From assembly GCA_010093705.1 (NCBI GenBank), contig MU006094.1:533550-597549 (forward strand): a stretch of 64,000 nucleotides of DNA, in the 5' to 3' direction. Shown one piece after another: positions 63,091 to 64,000 of the stretch (its first letter is position 1; each line of letters opens with the position of its first letter). A model generated the notes under the pieces. That model had not been told where the DNA came from. It saw nothing but the letters and a program-made list of their open reading frames with translations, and searched no databases. This DNA comes from Patellaria atrata CBS 101060. Its lineage: Eukaryota. The position numbers and the translations under genes were made by a program.

Positions 63091-63516
63091 TAGCTGTATC
63101 CTTCCCTGTACGCTTCCCTACACTGTATGCCCGATGGCGTATGGGCGATTGTGGCCCCGTAAAACTTCAGGAGGATTCTGTACAGTATGGGGCGCATCCT
63201 TTCCAATTGTAGCGTACAAAAGGCTCGTGAACGTTCAGACAAAGGACGGATGCTATTTTGGTGTCCACACATGTCGCGAGCTACAGAACTGAGTGTGGAG
63301 AGAAACGGTGATGATTGAGACCAGCAATGCCAAAGGCATGTCCAGTCATCTATGATGGGAATACAAGACTAAAGGCAATTTGGCCGCCGACGTACCTGTT
63401 CGCAGGACGCATACTCCAACGATTCCTCGATGTCTCCATCCATCATTCTGTGAATTACCAATCCCAGGGGTAAGGCAGTAGTTCATAGCCAGTTGCAAAA
63501 GACGCACCGTACACAC

Positions 63517-64000
63517 CTACCTGATAACTCTCCCATCATCCCTCTCAACCCCATGTAATCCCTCCAAGATATCACTTCCCCCGAGTAAACCCCCACCCCG
63601 TCTCCTTTTTCTCTCCTCTCCCCAAATCTCATGAAACTTGATGCTGCAATCGCTCGTCGCAACCACCAGACATCCCTCTTCCTGCGTTCTATTCCACCAC
63701 ATGCCACCCTCACCCCTATTTCCCATATTCGGGCCACCGGGGTATGGAATAGCGTATAGCGCTCTAATCTCATCAAACCACGGTATCGCAACCACCTGCT
63801 CGCATGCTGGCCAAGTGAACACCGCAATGCGGTAGGGGTGCTCTGGTTGTGCGAAGCCAAAGGTGGCAGCTATCTCGCGACGTGTCGTGCTCCAGACAAG
63901 ACTAGTAACCTGGGCGCTGCAGTCGATGGTTGCGAGGCACGCCCCTGAAAGCGTATGGTAGAAGTGAATGCAGCGATCATTGGAACCACCACCGATGGCG
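63517..64000 (-). CDS. AMA1: 3' part of a Cdc20/Fizzy-family WD40 APC/C activator, Ama1-like (truncated by the window edge)
   Basis: AIGGGSNDRCIHFYHTLSG, AQVTSLVWS..REIAATFGFAQPEHPYRIAVF and EGCLVVATSDCSIKFHEIW. Ends in the C-terminal IR tail (VIR*). Confidence 0.85.
   Translation of the reverse strand, partial: AIGGGSNDRCIHFYHTLSGACLATIDCSAQVTSLVWSTTRREIAATFGFAQPEHPYRIAVFTWPACEQVVAIPWFDEIRALYAIPYPGGPNMGNRGEGGMWWNRTQEEGCLVVATSDCSIKFHEIWGEERKRRRGGGLLGGSDILEGLHGVERDDGRVIR

Overview
Eukaryotic, intron-rich DNA from a filamentous ascomycete (Pezizomycotina; GT-AG introns of about 45-190 nt with CTAAC/CTGAC branch sites). About 25 protein-coding loci. The left end holds two MFS transporters, a MATE pump, a signal-peptide agmatinase/ureohydrolase, two divergent F-box-like genes, an FMN alpha-hydroxy-acid oxidase ending in a PTS1, and a disabled GHKL-ATPase pseudogene. 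The rest is mostly core genes (ARG8, VPS39/VAM6, GON7, HbrB/Bit61, Zn-ADH, RFC5, STE11 MAPKKK, M20 beta-alanine synthase, a triple Zn2Cys6 protein, a GPI wall protein, a histidine phosphatase, butanediol dehydrogenase, partial AMA1). I saw no tRNA, rRNA, CRISPR or intact transposon. Best leads: (1) a spliced 33-codon uORF ending PPS-stop whose TGA overlaps the ATG of the TORC2-subunit-like HbrB gene; (2) a PCNA PIP box at the C-terminus of the histidine phosphatase; (3) the GHKL pseudogene; (4) a shared AlcR/CreA-like motif upstream of both Zn-dependent dehydrogenases; (5) a GATA-rich minisatellite upstream of STE11; (6) a possible guanidino/polyamine gene neighbourhood. All product calls come from motif recognition by eye, not database searches.
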